A DNA stretch of 41,416 bases from sequence record DRR378314_174; one strand, 5' to 3'. The position numbers and the translations under genes are program-made. How positions within the stretch are numbered: position 1 is the first letter of the stretch; every line of letters starts with the position of its first letter. The notes beneath the pieces are model-generated. The model ran no database searches. It had not been told where the DNA came from and saw only the letters and a list, made by a program, of their open reading frames with translations. Of this stretch, positions 30,525 to 40,804 are shown in pieces.

Positions 30525-31334
30525 CTACAGCACGTCCAGCATTTCTGCGACCAGTGGGTGGCGCACCACGTCCTTGCCTTCGAGGCGGACGACAGACGCG
30601 CCGCCCAGCTTTTCCAGCCGTTCGGCTGCCGTGGCGAGGCCGGAGAATTCCGGCAGCAGGTCCGACTGGGCCGGGTCGCCCGTGATCACCATTGTGGAGT
30701 GCCAGCCGAGCCGCGTCAGCAGCATCTTCAGCTGGGTGTAGGTGCAGTTCTGCGCCTCGTCGATCACGATGAAGGCATTGTTCAGTGTACGCCCCCGCAT
30801 GAAACCGATGGGGGCAATCTCGATCACGCCCTCGGCCAGCATGTGCTTCAACTGTCCGGGCGACAGCCGGTCCGACAGCGCGTCATAAAGCGGGCGCAGA
30901 TAGGGGGCCAGCTTGTCTTCCATCGCGCCGGGCAGGAAGCCGATCTGTTCGCCTGCCTCAACCGCCGGGCGGGACAGGATGATCCGCGCGACCTTTCCTT
31001 TCTGCAGGGCCTCCACCGCCTTGCAGACGGCGAGATAGGTCTTGCCTGTTCCCGCCGGGCCGAGCGCGGCGACAAGGGCTTTTTCATCCATCGCCTTCAT
31101 CAGTTCGGCCTGGTTTTCCGTGCGCGGCTTGACCGTTTTCTGGTATTTCTGCGTACGCCCATTTTCTGCACGCTGATGATCTGCGCGGGTGTCTGAATCG
31201 TCCGGGTGCCAGCCCCGGCCGCCTTCTATGGCTTGCAGCTTCGGGCCCTTTCCACGGGCGCCCTCCTCGAACCACGCGTTCAGGTTCACTTCGGAACCGT
31301 GCTTCATCCGTTTTGCTGCGTTGCGTTTACCCAT
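30525..31334 (-). CDS. PhoH-family ATPase
   Basis: GPAGTGKTYLA, RPAVEAGE..GFLPG, FMRGRTL, IDEAQN, TGD..QSD, VVRHPLV. Confidence 0.93.
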   Translation of the reverse strand: MGKRNAAKRMKHGSEVNLNAWFEEGARGKGPKLQAIEGGRGWHPDDSDTRADHQRAENGRTQKYQKTVKPRTENQAELMKAMDEKALVAALGPAGTGKTYLAVCKAVEALQKGKVARIILSRPAVEAGEQIGFLPGAMEDKLAPYLRPLYDALSDRLSPGQLKHMLAEGVIEIAPIGFMRGRTLNNAFIVIDEAQNCTYTQLKMLLTRLGWHSTMVITGDPAQSDLLPEFSGLATAAERLEKLGGASVVRLEGKDVVRHPLVAEMLDVL

Positions 31335-31357
31335 GGAAGGTCTCCTTGGTTACGGGC

Positions 31358-31393
31358 AAGAAAAAAGCCACCGGCGAACTCGCGCGATGGCTT
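31358..31393 (-). terminator. Intrinsic terminator in the 5' region of phoH
   Basis: Minus strand AAGCCATCG...CGGTGGCTTTTTTCTT ending about 25 nt before the phoH ATG. Confidence 0.7.
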
Positions 31394-31591
31394 GGCGGAA
31401 ACTGGGAGGAAGAAAGGGCCGTCCGCCCGGAGGGCGGCGTGGCCAGGTCCCGGGATGTATCACCGGGCGGCGGGGTGTGACAGGATCGAGTGATGACCGT
31501 CTCCAACTCCGAATCTGTTGATGATTAGAGTGTAGCAAGGTTATCAGAAGATTAAATGAAAATTCCGCCCCGGATAAACAGAGGAGACCCC

Positions 31592-32122
31592 ATGGCCATT
31601 TACGAGATTGACGGAACCCGCCCACAGCTGCCCGAGAGCGGCAATTACTGGGTGGCCGAAAATGCGCAGGTCATGGGCAATGTCGTCCTGAAGGAGAATG
31701 CGTCGATCTGGTATGGCGCAGTACTGCGCGGCGACAATGACCCGATCACGATTGGCGAGAATTCCAACATCCAGGATGGCAGCGTGCTTCACACGGATGT
31801 CGGCTGCCCGCTGACCATTGGGCGCGACGTCACCGTCGGCCACATGGTAATGCTGCACGGCTGTACAATCGGAGACGAGACTCTGATCGGCATCGGCTCC
31901 ACCATCCTCAACAATGCGAAGATCGGGAAGAATTGCATCATCGGGGCCCATGCCCTGATCCCCGAAGGCAAGGTCATTCCGGATAACTCGCTCGTCATGG
32001 GCGCGCCAGGCAAGATCGTCAAAGAGATCTCCGACCACCAGGCTCAGGTGATCAAGATGTCAGCGGTCCATTATGTCGAGAACTGGAAGCGTCACCGCGC
32101 CAGCCTGAAGCGGATCGATTAG
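31592..32122 (+). CDS. Gamma carbonic anhydrase family (hexapeptide repeat) protein
   Basis: [29 protein letters not shown] after GAGGAG. Confidence 0.92.
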   Translation: MAIYEIDGTRPQLPESGNYWVAENAQVMGNVVLKENASIWYGAVLRGDNDPITIGENSNIQDGSVLHTDVGCPLTIGRDVTVGHMVMLHGCTIGDETLIGIGSTILNNAKIGKNCIIGAHALIPEGKVIPDNSLVMGAPGKIVKEISDHQAQVIKMSAVHYVENWKRHRASLKRID

Positions 32123-32730
32123 GAATCCGTCTCGTCAGGGCGCAGGAAGTTCACCGCGAACTCCACGCCGTTCGAGCGCACGACCCGGCCACGCAGATTG
32201 CCTGCTGTCACGACTTCGCCGATTGGAGGTGTCTGGAACTGGCCAGTGGTCTTGAAGCTCGCGCCGGTCAGGGAGATGTCCATGACGGTGCACGGGATCT
32301 GAAGACCGTCCTTGCGGGCGATGAAGGCCGGGCCACCGGTCGGGAAGCGTGCTGCCGCGCGCTGTTCCGGGGCTTCCATAAGATCCTTGTTGACCAGCCA
32401 GCTAAGACGGTCAGCCAGTTTCTTGCGCTTGTGAGGCACGACGTTGAACTCAACGGCAAAGCCATCCTTGGAGGTGCGCACGACCCGGCCCGCCACGCGG
32501 CCCAGATCGTCGAAATAGCAGATCACATTGGCCCCATGTTCCGGCACGGTCGCAGCGCGCAGATAGGCGCCAGAGCAGGACAGGTTTTCAGTGACAAGTT
32601 GATGGTCTTCGCTGGATTCATCCAGGAAGCAGCCTTCAAGTTCCAGGTCGACTCGCTGATACTGGCGGCGATCTTCCTCGTTTTTGATCACGGGGTTGAA
32701 TTGAGGCACAGACAAATCTAGTGCGGGCAT
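32119..32730 (-). CDS. Tandem PilZ-domain protein
   Basis: RRQYQR + NLSCSG and QRAAAR + DISLTG (RxxxR, D/NxSxxG) in both halves. Confidence 0.88.
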   Translation of the reverse strand: MPALDLSVPQFNPVIKNEEDRRQYQRVDLELEGCFLDESSEDHQLVTENLSCSGAYLRAATVPEHGANVICYFDDLGRVAGRVVRTSKDGFAVEFNVVPHKRKKLADRLSWLVNKDLMEAPEQRAAARFPTGGPAFIARKDGLQIPCTVMDISLTGASFKTTGQFQTPPIGEVVTAGNLRGRVVRSNGVEFAVNFLRPDETDS

Positions 32731-32875
32731 GTGGATTCTCCTGAGTCCGTTACGGCAACCTGTCTGTTCTTCTCCATCAAGCCTTTACTTAGCTGAGTTT
32801 CGTTCACAAACTGTTGCGGAAAACAGAAGGATTCACGCCAATCCTTCACCATAAGGTTTATTGGGAGGTCCTCCG

Positions 32876-34516
32876 GTGCTGGAGACATACGACTATATTA
32901 TCGTGGGCGCAGGAAGCGCTGGCTGTACACTTGCCAACAGGTTGAGCGAAGATCCGCGCATCAAGGTCTGCCTGATCGAGGCCGGCAAGAAAGATAACAA
33001 CCTCATGGTGCGGATGCCCGCCGGAGTTGGAAACCTGATCAAGGCTGAGGGGGATTTCAACTGGGGCTTCTGGACCGAGCCGCAGAAGCATATGAATGGT
33101 CGCAAGCTCTGGTGGCCACGCGGAAAGGGCTGGGGCGGCTCCTCTTCCATTAATGGCATGGTCTACATTCGCGGCCACGCGCGCGACTATGACCAGTGGG
33201 CGCAGATGGGCCTGCGCGGCTGGAGCTTTGCGGACGTGCTGCCCTATTTCAAGAAATCAGAAGGCTATGAAGGCGGCGACAATGACTTCCACGGCGGCAC
33301 CGGCCCGCTGAAAGTGTCGGAAAGCCCGCTCTCTTCTCCGGTCTATCGCGCCTTTCTTCAGGCAGGCGAGCAGGCTGGCTACAAGAGCACGAAGGATTTC
33401 AACGGCGCCGATCAGGAAGGCTTCGGCCGCTATCAGCGCACGATCCACAAGGGCGAACGCTGGAGCGCGTCCTATGGCTATCTGCGTCCCATCGTCGGCG
33501 TGCGGGACAATCTCACCGTGATCTCCACCGGTATGGTGACGCGCGTGCTGATCGAGAATGGCCGCGCCACGGGGGTTGAAGTCGTTGAAGGCAAGGGCCG
33601 TCTCACGCAGGAGATCCACGCCTCGGGTGAGGTCATCGTCTGCGCGGGCGCGGTGCAATCGCCGCAATTGCTGCAGCTGTCCGGCATCGGCAATCCTGAC
33701 CATCTCGGCCGGTTCGATATCCAGACCAAGGTGAAGTCCCCGAATGTCGGTCAAAACCTGCAGGACCATCTGGACGTCACTGTCATCCACGAGATGACCC
33801 AGCCGATTTCCGCTTACTCCATGCAGAAAGGCATCAAGAAGCTCGGCGTGGGCATCCAGTATCTCGTGAACCAGACCGGTGCTGGTGCCGACAACCACCT
33901 TCAGGCCGGCGCGTTCCTGAAGTCCCGCGAAGGGTTGGAGATGCCCGACCTGCAGCTCCACTTCGTGAATGCCATCATGATGGATCACGCCAAGCACCAG
34001 GCCAACAAGGATGGCTACACGGTCCATTCCTGCCAGCTGCGGCCGGAAAGCCGGGGCACGGTTTGCCTCGCTTCCGCAGACCCGTTCGCCCATCCGGCCA
34101 TCGATCCCAATTATCTGGAAGCCGAGGAAGACCGCCGCGCGATGCGGGAGTCGGTGAAGATGATCCGCGATATCTGCGGTCAGAATGCGCTGCAGCCCTT
34201 CACGGGCGCCGAGATGATGCCGGGCGAGAGCGTGAAGACAGACGAAGAGATCGACGCCTTTATCCGACGGTGTGGCGAAACGATTTATCATCCCATCGGG
34301 ACGGTCGCGATGGGAGCGAATGAGGACAGCCCGGTTGATGGGGAGTTGCGTGTGCGTGGTGTAGACGGTTTGCGGGTCGTCGATGCGTCCGTGATCCCGA
34401 CCCTGATCGGCGGCAATACGAACGCGCCAACCATCATGATCGCCGAGAAAGCGGCAGACATGATCCTCGGCAAGCCGCCACTGGAAGCGGAGGCGCCGGA
34501 GACGGTTGCGGCCTGA
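32876..34516 (+). CDS. GMC-family oxidoreductase (choline/alcohol dehydrogenase-like)
   Basis: GAGSAG, RGKGWGGSSSINGM, G.NLQDH, YHP.GT, GNTNAP.IMIAEK; GTG after GGAGG. Confidence 0.93.
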   Translation: MLETYDYIIVGAGSAGCTLANRLSEDPRIKVCLIEAGKKDNNLMVRMPAGVGNLIKAEGDFNWGFWTEPQKHMNGRKLWWPRGKGWGGSSSINGMVYIRGHARDYDQWAQMGLRGWSFADVLPYFKKSEGYEGGDNDFHGGTGPLKVSESPLSSPVYRAFLQAGEQAGYKSTKDFNGADQEGFGRYQRTIHKGERWSASYGYLRPIVGVRDNLTVISTGMVTRVLIENGRATGVEVVEGKGRLTQEIHASGEVIVCAGAVQSPQLLQLSGIGNPDHLGRFDIQTKVKSPNVGQNLQDHLDVTVIHEMTQPISAYSMQKGIKKLGVGIQYLVNQTGAGADNHLQAGAFLKSREGLEMPDLQLHFVNAIMMDHAKHQANKDGYTVHSCQLRPESRGTVCLASADPFAHPAIDPNYLEAEEDRRAMRESVKMIRDICGQNALQPFTGAEMMPGESVKTDEEIDAFIRRCGETIYHPIGTVAMGANEDSPVDGELRVRGVDGLRVVDASVIPTLIGGNTNAPTIMIAEKAADMILGKPPLEAEAPETVAA

Positions 34517-34532
34517 TCAGGCCGCGCCTGCG

Positions 34533-35105
34533 CTATTGGTAATTGTTGGCGACCAGCTTCAGCGTTGGCTCGGCAGGTTGGGAGTCTGGCGGTACCAGCA
34601 TCGCCACGCGGTGACGCCAGATCGGACGCCCTTTGAGTTTCGGCACGCCGCCCAGCGTCTGGTAGAGGCCGAGGAAACGGGTTGCTGAATTCGGCATGCC
34701 AGCCTGCTCCAGGGGCATCGTCGTGATCTCCACCTCGACACGCTGGCCTGTCAGGGTTTCGCCGCGACCTCGGATGACGCCCGGGGCGCCATCGGTGCGG
34801 ACAGCCTCCAGGAAGCCGCCAATCATTGCGCGGTCCGGGCCGGTCCAGAGATTTAGGAAGTCATGATTGGGCAGGGAGCGTCCAAGCAGGTCAGACACGC
34901 CGTCACCGGCCGTCCGGAAGATCCAGGCACCATCATCGGTTGCCTCGATCATGAAGATGTTGGCGATTAGGTCCGGATGGTCGTTCGCGCGGGGCGTCCG
35001 GTCTTCATTGGCAACCGGATCAACGCGCATGCGTTTCCAGGCTTCCAGCATGATGCGGGTGTTCGGATGTATAGACCGGTCTTGCATGATGGGCGTGGGC
35101 TCCAT
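34533..35105 (-). CDS. PAS-domain protein (PAS_5/DUF1457-like)
   Basis: HP.T..ML..W...R, FRTAG, GR.L....F..LW, E...PL, R.LG.YQ. Confidence 0.75.
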   Translation of the reverse strand: MEPTPIMQDRSIHPNTRIMLEAWKRMRVDPVANEDRTPRANDHPDLIANIFMIEATDDGAWIFRTAGDGVSDLLGRSLPNHDFLNLWTGPDRAMIGGFLEAVRTDGAPGVIRGRGETLTGQRVEVEITTMPLEQAGMPNSATRFLGLYQTLGGVPKLKGRPIWRHRVAMLVPPDSQPAEPTLKLVANNYQ

Positions 35106-35571
35106 TGATAGTTTGTGGGCCCAGCCGGGCCAGCGTCGGAGTCGTAAACCGCAATATATATTCCAGTTAGCAATTCCCCCGGCTGGGGAATTACAGGGGA
35201 TGAAATCGGGGAATTTCCCCGGTCAGGAAGTTTTCGAAGTGCCCGTACACGGCCATTCGCTCAATTGTGGGACAGGTGAGTCTCGACTCGGAACAGGATG
35301 AGACACGAAATTGGAGCGTTGAGGGAAGTTGATTTGATTCGCCTGTGCAATGTCTGGATGGATTGCATGACCGAGCGCGCAAGATCGTGCTCATTTCTTC
35401 GTCAAAAGCAGCGTTATGCGGCTGCAACACCACAGTCTCGGCAAAACTCCACTCTTAACTCATGGTGATGCCTTGCCATGCCTACCTGTTTGTTTAGTCC
35501 TAGGTAGTACAGCGCAGCTGAAAAAATTCCTCCCAAACCAAAAACAGAAATTTGCTCAAAGGGACCAACAC

Positions 35572-38115
35572 GTGAAATCCAGAAAATTTGTTGTATCGGG
35601 TGCACCGAAGTTCAAATCGGCGCTCACCCTCAGCGCGGGCTTTGCCGCGTTCGCCGCTCTCTCCATGCCTGCCATCGCACAAGACGCGCCGGAAGAAGAA
35701 GAGAGCCGGACCCTCCAGACTGTCACCATCACGGCCACCAAGCGCGAACAGACGCTGCAGGATGTGCCCGTGGCGGTGTCCGTTGTTGATGAGAGCGTGA
35801 TCGAGAAGGCCGAGATTGTCGATTTGGGAGATCTGCAATCCGTCGTGCCTTCGCTCCGCGTTAGCCAACAGCAATCCTCCTCCAACACCAACTTCATCAT
35901 CCGCGGCTTCGGCAACGGCGCGAACAATGCCGGCATCGAGCCTTCGGTGGGTGTGTTCGTCGATGGCGTTTACCGCTCGCGCTCGACCTCCCAGATTTCC
36001 GATCTGCCAAACCTGCAGCGCGTCGAAGTTCTGCGCGGGCCGCAATCGACCCTGTTCGGCAAGAACGCCTCCGCAGGTGTCATCTCCATCGTGACGCAGA
36101 AGCCGCAATTCGAATGGGGCGGCAATGTCGAAGGCACGGTCAGCAACTATAATGGCTACCGCGCTGGCGCATTCGTCACCGGTCCTTTGTCTGACACGGT
36201 TGCCTTCAGCCTTGGCGGCAATTTCAACACGCGCGATGGCTATGTCGAAGATCTGGGCGATGGCCCGGACACGAACGAGCGCAATCGCTGGGGCATTCGC
36301 GGTGACCTGCTCTGGGAACCGAGCGACGACCTCTCCTTCCGCGTGATCGCAGACTATGATGAGATCGACGAAATCTGCTGTGCAGCGTCGAACATCATCA
36401 ATGGCCCAACAGGGGCGGCGATCCTTGCGCTGGGTGGCAACCTCGTTGCCGAAGACCCGTTCTCCTATGAAGTGGCCTACAATTTCGGATCCGAGAACCT
36501 CATCAAGAATAGCGGTATCTCTCTGCAGGGCGACTATGATGCTGGCGCATTCACCGTCACCAGCATCACGTCCTACCGGACGTCTGACCTCAGCACGAAC
36601 CAGGATTCTGACTTCACCAGCGCAGACCTGCTCGGGCGCAAGTCTGACGATGTCGAAATCGAAACCTTCACGCAGGAAGTCCGCCTGACCTCAAACGGCA
36701 GTGGCCCGCTGAGCTGGATGGTTGGTGGCTTCTACTTTGATGAAACCGTCGATATCGAAAACCAGCTTCTCTATGGCAGCGACATTCGTGGCTATATCGA
36801 CATTCTGTCGTCTGGCCTGCTGTCATCGCTTGAGCCTGTGGTGTTCGGCGTGCCGACCGGCACCTTCTTCCAGCCAGGCCAGGGCTTCACCGAATTCTAT
36901 GGGCAGGACGATACGTCTGCTTCCCTGTTCGGTACGATCGACTATGAAGTCACCGACCGCCTGACAGCGACCTTTGGCCTGAACTACACGCAGGTGAACA
37001 AGGATGCCTTCTCGAACGCGGTTTCCACGGACACGTTTGCGGCAGTGGACCTGAATACGGCTGCGCCGTTCATCACGCAGGCAACGGCAGGCGGTCTGTT
37101 GCTGCAGGCTGGTGTGAACCCGACCGACCCGGCCGCTGTCGCCGCCTTTGCAACGGCGTTCCCGACAGAGTTTGCAACCATTCAGGCAACGGCCGCAGGT
37201 GCGCCCGGCGCATTGCAACAGCTGCAATTCCTGCCGCCATTCCTGAACTTCCCGAACGCCGTGGAAAGCGGCTCGACGGATGATGAGGATACGTCAGTCA
37301 CCTTCCGCCTGGCCTATGACGTGACGGATTCCGTCAACGTGTACGGATCTTATGCAACCGGCTTCAAGGCGTCCTCCTGGAACCTGTCGCGTGACAGCCG
37401 TCCAACTCCAGCCGACTATGCGCTCCTTGCACAAGGCGGCCTGTTGCTTCCGAACCTGACAACCGGTACGCGCTTTGCCGGACCGGAAGAATCGAAAGTG
37501 TTCGAGCTGGGCGTGAAAGGTGCGTATTCGGACTTTGCGTTTAACGTCGCCATCTTCGACCAGACGATTGAAGGGTTCCAGTCCAACGTCTTCACGGGAA
37601 CGGGCTTTGCGCTCGCCAATGCGGGTGAGCAATCCACGCAAGGCCTCGAACTGGATGCGCAGTGGAATGCCACCGACAATCTGCTGCTCAGCTTTGCCGG
37701 CACGTTCCTTGATCCGGTCTATGACAGCTTCGAGGAATCGGCGAGCGGCGACATTTCCGGTCAGAAGCCTTACGGCATTCCGGAAGTCTCCACATCGACC
37801 GCGGCGACATACACATTCAATGTGAAGAACTATGACGCCTTCATCCGCGGTGACTGGCAGTACGAAAGTGAGTCGGATTATTTCGACGAGCCAGCCAACC
37901 AGGCACTGATCAATGATCAGAAGAAAGTCAGCACGTTCAACGCATCGGCTGGCCTGACCACAGAATCGGGCCTGAGCTTCACGCTTTGGGGCCGGAACAT
38001 CTTCAACGACGAGTATATCACCGTGGCCTTCCCGGCTGTGGCCCAGGATGGCTCTATCTCCGGCTATCCGAACCAGCCGGCAACTTACGGCCTGACAGTC
38101 CGCAAGACGTTCTAG
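35572..38115 (+). CDS. TonB-dependent receptor
   Basis: Signal peptide, TonB box TVTITATKRE, plug RVEVLRGPQSTLFGKNASAG, C-terminal YGLTVRKTF; GTG start inferred. Confidence 0.95.
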   Translation: MKSRKFVVSGAPKFKSALTLSAGFAAFAALSMPAIAQDAPEEEESRTLQTVTITATKREQTLQDVPVAVSVVDESVIEKAEIVDLGDLQSVVPSLRVSQQQSSSNTNFIIRGFGNGANNAGIEPSVGVFVDGVYRSRSTSQISDLPNLQRVEVLRGPQSTLFGKNASAGVISIVTQKPQFEWGGNVEGTVSNYNGYRAGAFVTGPLSDTVAFSLGGNFNTRDGYVEDLGDGPDTNERNRWGIRGDLLWEPSDDLSFRVIADYDEIDEICCAASNIINGPTGAAILALGGNLVAEDPFSYEVAYNFGSENLIKNSGISLQGDYDAGAFTVTSITSYRTSDLSTNQDSDFTSADLLGRKSDDVEIETFTQEVRLTSNGSGPLSWMVGGFYFDETVDIENQLLYGSDIRGYIDILSSGLLSSLEPVVFGVPTGTFFQPGQGFTEFYGQDDTSASLFGTIDYEVTDRLTATFGLNYTQVNKDAFSNAVSTDTFAAVDLNTAAPFITQATAGGLLLQAGVNPTDPAAVAAFATAFPTEFATIQATAAGAPGALQQLQFLPPFLNFPNAVESGSTDDEDTSVTFRLAYDVTDSVNVYGSYATGFKASSWNLSRDSRPTPADYALLAQGGLLLPNLTTGTRFAGPEESKVFELGVKGAYSDFAFNVAIFDQTIEGFQSNVFTGTGFALANAGEQSTQGLELDAQWNATDNLLLSFAGTFLDPVYDSFEESASGDISGQKPYGIPEVSTSTAATYTFNVKNYDAFIRGDWQYESESDYFDEPANQALINDQKKVSTFNASAGLTTESGLSFTLWGRNIFNDEYITVAFPAVAQDGSISGYPNQPATYGLTVRKTF

Positions 38116-38137
38116 GGTTCACGCGATTCACGAACAC

Positions 38138-38172
38138 GAAAGCCCCGCCCATCACGGCGGGGCTTTTTATTT
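38138..38172. terminator. Bidirectional intrinsic terminator
   Basis: AAAGCCCCGCC-catcac-GGCGGGGCTTTTTATTT. Confidence 0.85.
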
Positions 38173-38547
38173 GGGCCGGTAGGCGGTCAACAACACGATT
38201 GCGATGACCAGACAGCCCATCTCGAAGCCGACAAAGGTCAGGAATCGGGAAGAGGGCGCATCCCCGGCAATCAGTCCGGCGATGCGAGCGAACATGTAGC
38301 CGCCCATATATGTCGTGATGAACCAAAGCGCTGGCCGCACCATGCGCGGGCGAATCAGGCCGGAGAGCGCCAGCAGACCCGCACCGAGGCTGACCCCGCC
38401 ATAGATGCCGCGCGCTTCATACACGCCATTCTCGCCACCAATCGTAACGCCAAGGCTTGCCGCCATACCTGTTGGATCAAGCAGGGACCATATTCCGAAC
38501 GCCACAAAGCTGGCCGCCATGAGAAAAAGGTAGATACGAATCATCAT
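38167..38547 (-). CDS. DUF4345-like membrane protein
   Basis: Four hydrophobic helices, E.R..YGG, R..G...G; start placed at ATG 38547. Confidence 0.7.
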   Translation of the reverse strand: MMIRIYLFLMAASFVAFGIWSLLDPTGMAASLGVTIGGENGVYEARGIYGGVSLGAGLLALSGLIRPRMVRPALWFITTYMGGYMFARIAGLIAGDAPSSRFLTFVGFEMGCLVIAIVLLTAYRPK

Positions 38548-38686
38548 GCAAGGGGAGCTAGAGCAAACGCAGTGATCGGAAAGGGTGGGCCTGCGCGAAG
38601 TTCGGCGACGTATTTCTGTCCTTACGGGGTGGATTTTGCCCGTCACGCCCCATCTGATGTGAAGCAAACCGGACAGGAGATCGCTT

Positions 38687-39397
38687 ATGCGCCAATCGCG
38701 GCGTGCGCCCCCCATTATCAATGCCCCGCCATTCGTTACGGCGTTGGCCTTGGGAATCATCGCGCTTCACGGCCTGCGGATCCTCGCAGGATCCTCGCTC
38801 GACCTGTTCTTTGTGGATCTCGGCGGGGTGTTTCCCGATCGATTCTGGGGCTGGATCGCAGGACAACAGGTCCCTGGAGGCTACGCGCCCTATAATAATG
38901 CCTTGGAGGCTCTGATTCCTTTGGCCGGAACGGCGCTTGTTCATGGCAGCTGGTCACACGTCCTGATGAATACGATCATGCTGATCGCCGTCGGGAAGCC
39001 GGTCTATTCGGTCTTTGCGCGGCTCTGGCGCTCTCAACTCAGTGTAAATCTGGCGTTCCTGGGCCTGTTTGTGGCTGCGGTCGTGGGTGGGTCTCTCGCG
39101 CATCTTGCGACTCACTACCCCTCTGGTCCGCCGGCCATTGGCGCGTCTGGTGGTGTTTCAGGGCTGATTGCTGCGGCTTTGATGATCCAGAACGGCCTGC
39201 CCGCGCAGCTTCTGGAGCGCCGATTCCTTTCGGCCAGCGCCGTATTCCTTGTGGGCAACATCGTTCTGGCATTCCTTGGGCCGTCATTGTTCGGGTCCGC
39301 AATCGCCTGGCAGGCCCATATTGGCGGCTATGTAGCGGGCGCAGTGCTGTTTCGCTTCATGGTGCGCCACGCAGGACGCGCACGATTCGGCACCTAA
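38687..39397 (+). CDS. Rhomboid family intramembrane serine protease
   Basis: HGSWSH..MN, IGASGG, AWQAHIGGY. Confidence 0.92.
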   Translation: MRQSRRAPPIINAPPFVTALALGIIALHGLRILAGSSLDLFFVDLGGVFPDRFWGWIAGQQVPGGYAPYNNALEALIPLAGTALVHGSWSHVLMNTIMLIAVGKPVYSVFARLWRSQLSVNLAFLGLFVAAVVGGSLAHLATHYPSGPPAIGASGGVSGLIAAALMIQNGLPAQLLERRFLSASAVFLVGNIVLAFLGPSLFGSAIAWQAHIGGYVAGAVLFRFMVRHAGRARFGT

Positions 39398-39477
39398 TCG
39401 CGTCTTCCAGGGAAATATGGTAGGCTCCTTCCATACGAGGCACCCAAAAAGGGGCCCAAACGCCAGGGAGGACGTGG

Positions 39478-39912
39478 ATGACCATAGACCAAATTCTGAA
39501 AGACAAGGGATTCGCCATCATTTCGGTGAGTGCCGGAGAGACATTGGCGGCTGCAGCGCAAACGTTGGATGCCAAGAGAATCGGCGCGGTCGTTGCGCTG
39601 GATGATGATGGCAGCATTGTCGGGGTACTTTCAGAGCGGGATATTGTCCGCCATGTGGCCCGGCAGGGCGCTAGCGCACTGAACTTGAATGTCGGCGACG
39701 CGATGACACGCGACGTAATCACGGTGGAATCCAGCTCCAAAATAGACGATGCGCTTCAGCTGATGACGGATCGCAGGATTCGTCACTTGCCTGTTTTGAC
39801 CGGCGGGAAGCTGGCCGGTGTGATCTCGATTGGAGATTTGGTGAAGTGGAAGATCGCGGAAACTGAAGCAGAAGCAGAAGCGATGAAGTCTTACCTTTCA
39901 GCGCAATACTAG
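39478..39912 (+). CDS. CBS-domain pair protein
   Basis: IGAVV, G.LSERDIV, MT..RIRHLPV, G.ISIGDLVK. Confidence 0.92.
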   Translation: MTIDQILKDKGFAIISVSAGETLAAAAQTLDAKRIGAVVALDDDGSIVGVLSERDIVRHVARQGASALNLNVGDAMTRDVITVESSSKIDDALQLMTDRRIRHLPVLTGGKLAGVISIGDLVKWKIAETEAEAEAMKSYLSAQY

Positions 39913-40018
39913 GCGAAAGCCCCCGTATTCATTGGGCTGTTTCAATTAACGCTCCAGACTGGCTGAGTTGCGTCTGAAGTTTCGCTGCAGTTTTGTGATG
40001 AAATCCTGCATTAGGGGG

Positions 40019-40047
40019 TTGCTGGATACGGGGGGCGGGAGTACATC
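40019..40047 (+). promoter_or_regulatory. rrn promoter copy 1 (diverged)
   Basis: TTGCTG-N17-TACATC followed by GCCACC, at the position homologous to the other copies. Confidence 0.5.
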
Positions 40048-40276
40048 GCCACCTCCGCTGACGAGGCCTTCGGGTTTCGGACGCGGGGCCCGGTGACGGA
40101 GCGCCTGACTGGCTACGGAAGTTTTCAACTCTTCCCCAGGCAGGACCCGGTGTCGGTTCCCTGAAATCGCTCGGATCTGCGAGCCGGACATGCTTCGGCC
40201 AACGGGATCTTTTGCGTCGTAAACAGGGCAGTTTGGATGGTTAAACATTCTACTGCAGGCGACGCAAAATAGGGTG

Positions 40277-40305
40277 TTGACGGGAAGAACGGCGGTCCAT
40301 ATAAG
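40277..40305 (+). promoter_or_regulatory. rrn promoter copy 2
   Basis: TTGACG-N17-TATAAG, GC-rich discriminator CCGCCAC. Confidence 0.85.
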
Positions 40306-40525
40306 CCGCCACTCGCTGACGAGGTCTTCGGATTTCAGAGGCGGCCCGGCAACGGGGTTTGGCCAGATTGGAAGACTTGATTTTCCGTGGACAGACAATG
40401 GTGCCGGTTTCCTGAAACGCTCGAATTTGCGGGCCGAATATGCTTCGGCCAACGAGTTCATTTGCGCCAAAATTGAGGCGGAAATGGTGTCTGACACCGG
40501 ACTGCAGAAGAGGCGGAAAAGAGTG

Positions 40526-40554
40526 TTGACGGGAAGAGCGGCGGTCCATATAAG
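40526..40554 (+). promoter_or_regulatory. rrn promoter copy 3
   Basis: TTGACG-N17-TATAAG, discriminator CCGCCAC. Confidence 0.85.
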
Positions 40555-40775
40555 CCGCCACTTCGCTGACGAGATCTTCGGATTTCAGAGGCGGCCCGGC
40601 AGCGGGTTTTGATCGGTTCGGAAGTCTAATTCTTCCGCGAGCAAAACAAGGTGTCGGTTTCCTGAAACGCTCGAATATGCGGGCCGAATACTTTTCGGCA
40701 GGCTGGTTCATTTGCGCCAAAATTGAAGCGGAAACGGTGGCTGACACCTAACTGCAGAAGGGGCGCAAAAGGGAG

Positions 40776-40804
40776 TTGACGGAAAGAACGGCGGTCCATA
40801 TAAG
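40776..40804 (+). promoter_or_regulatory. rrn promoter copy 4
   Basis: TTGACG-N17-TATAAG, discriminator CCGCCAC. Confidence 0.85.

Noticed and set aside
32876-34516. Naming the GMC enzyme betA
   Set aside because: No betB/betI context; motifs do not distinguish it from other GMC dehydrogenases
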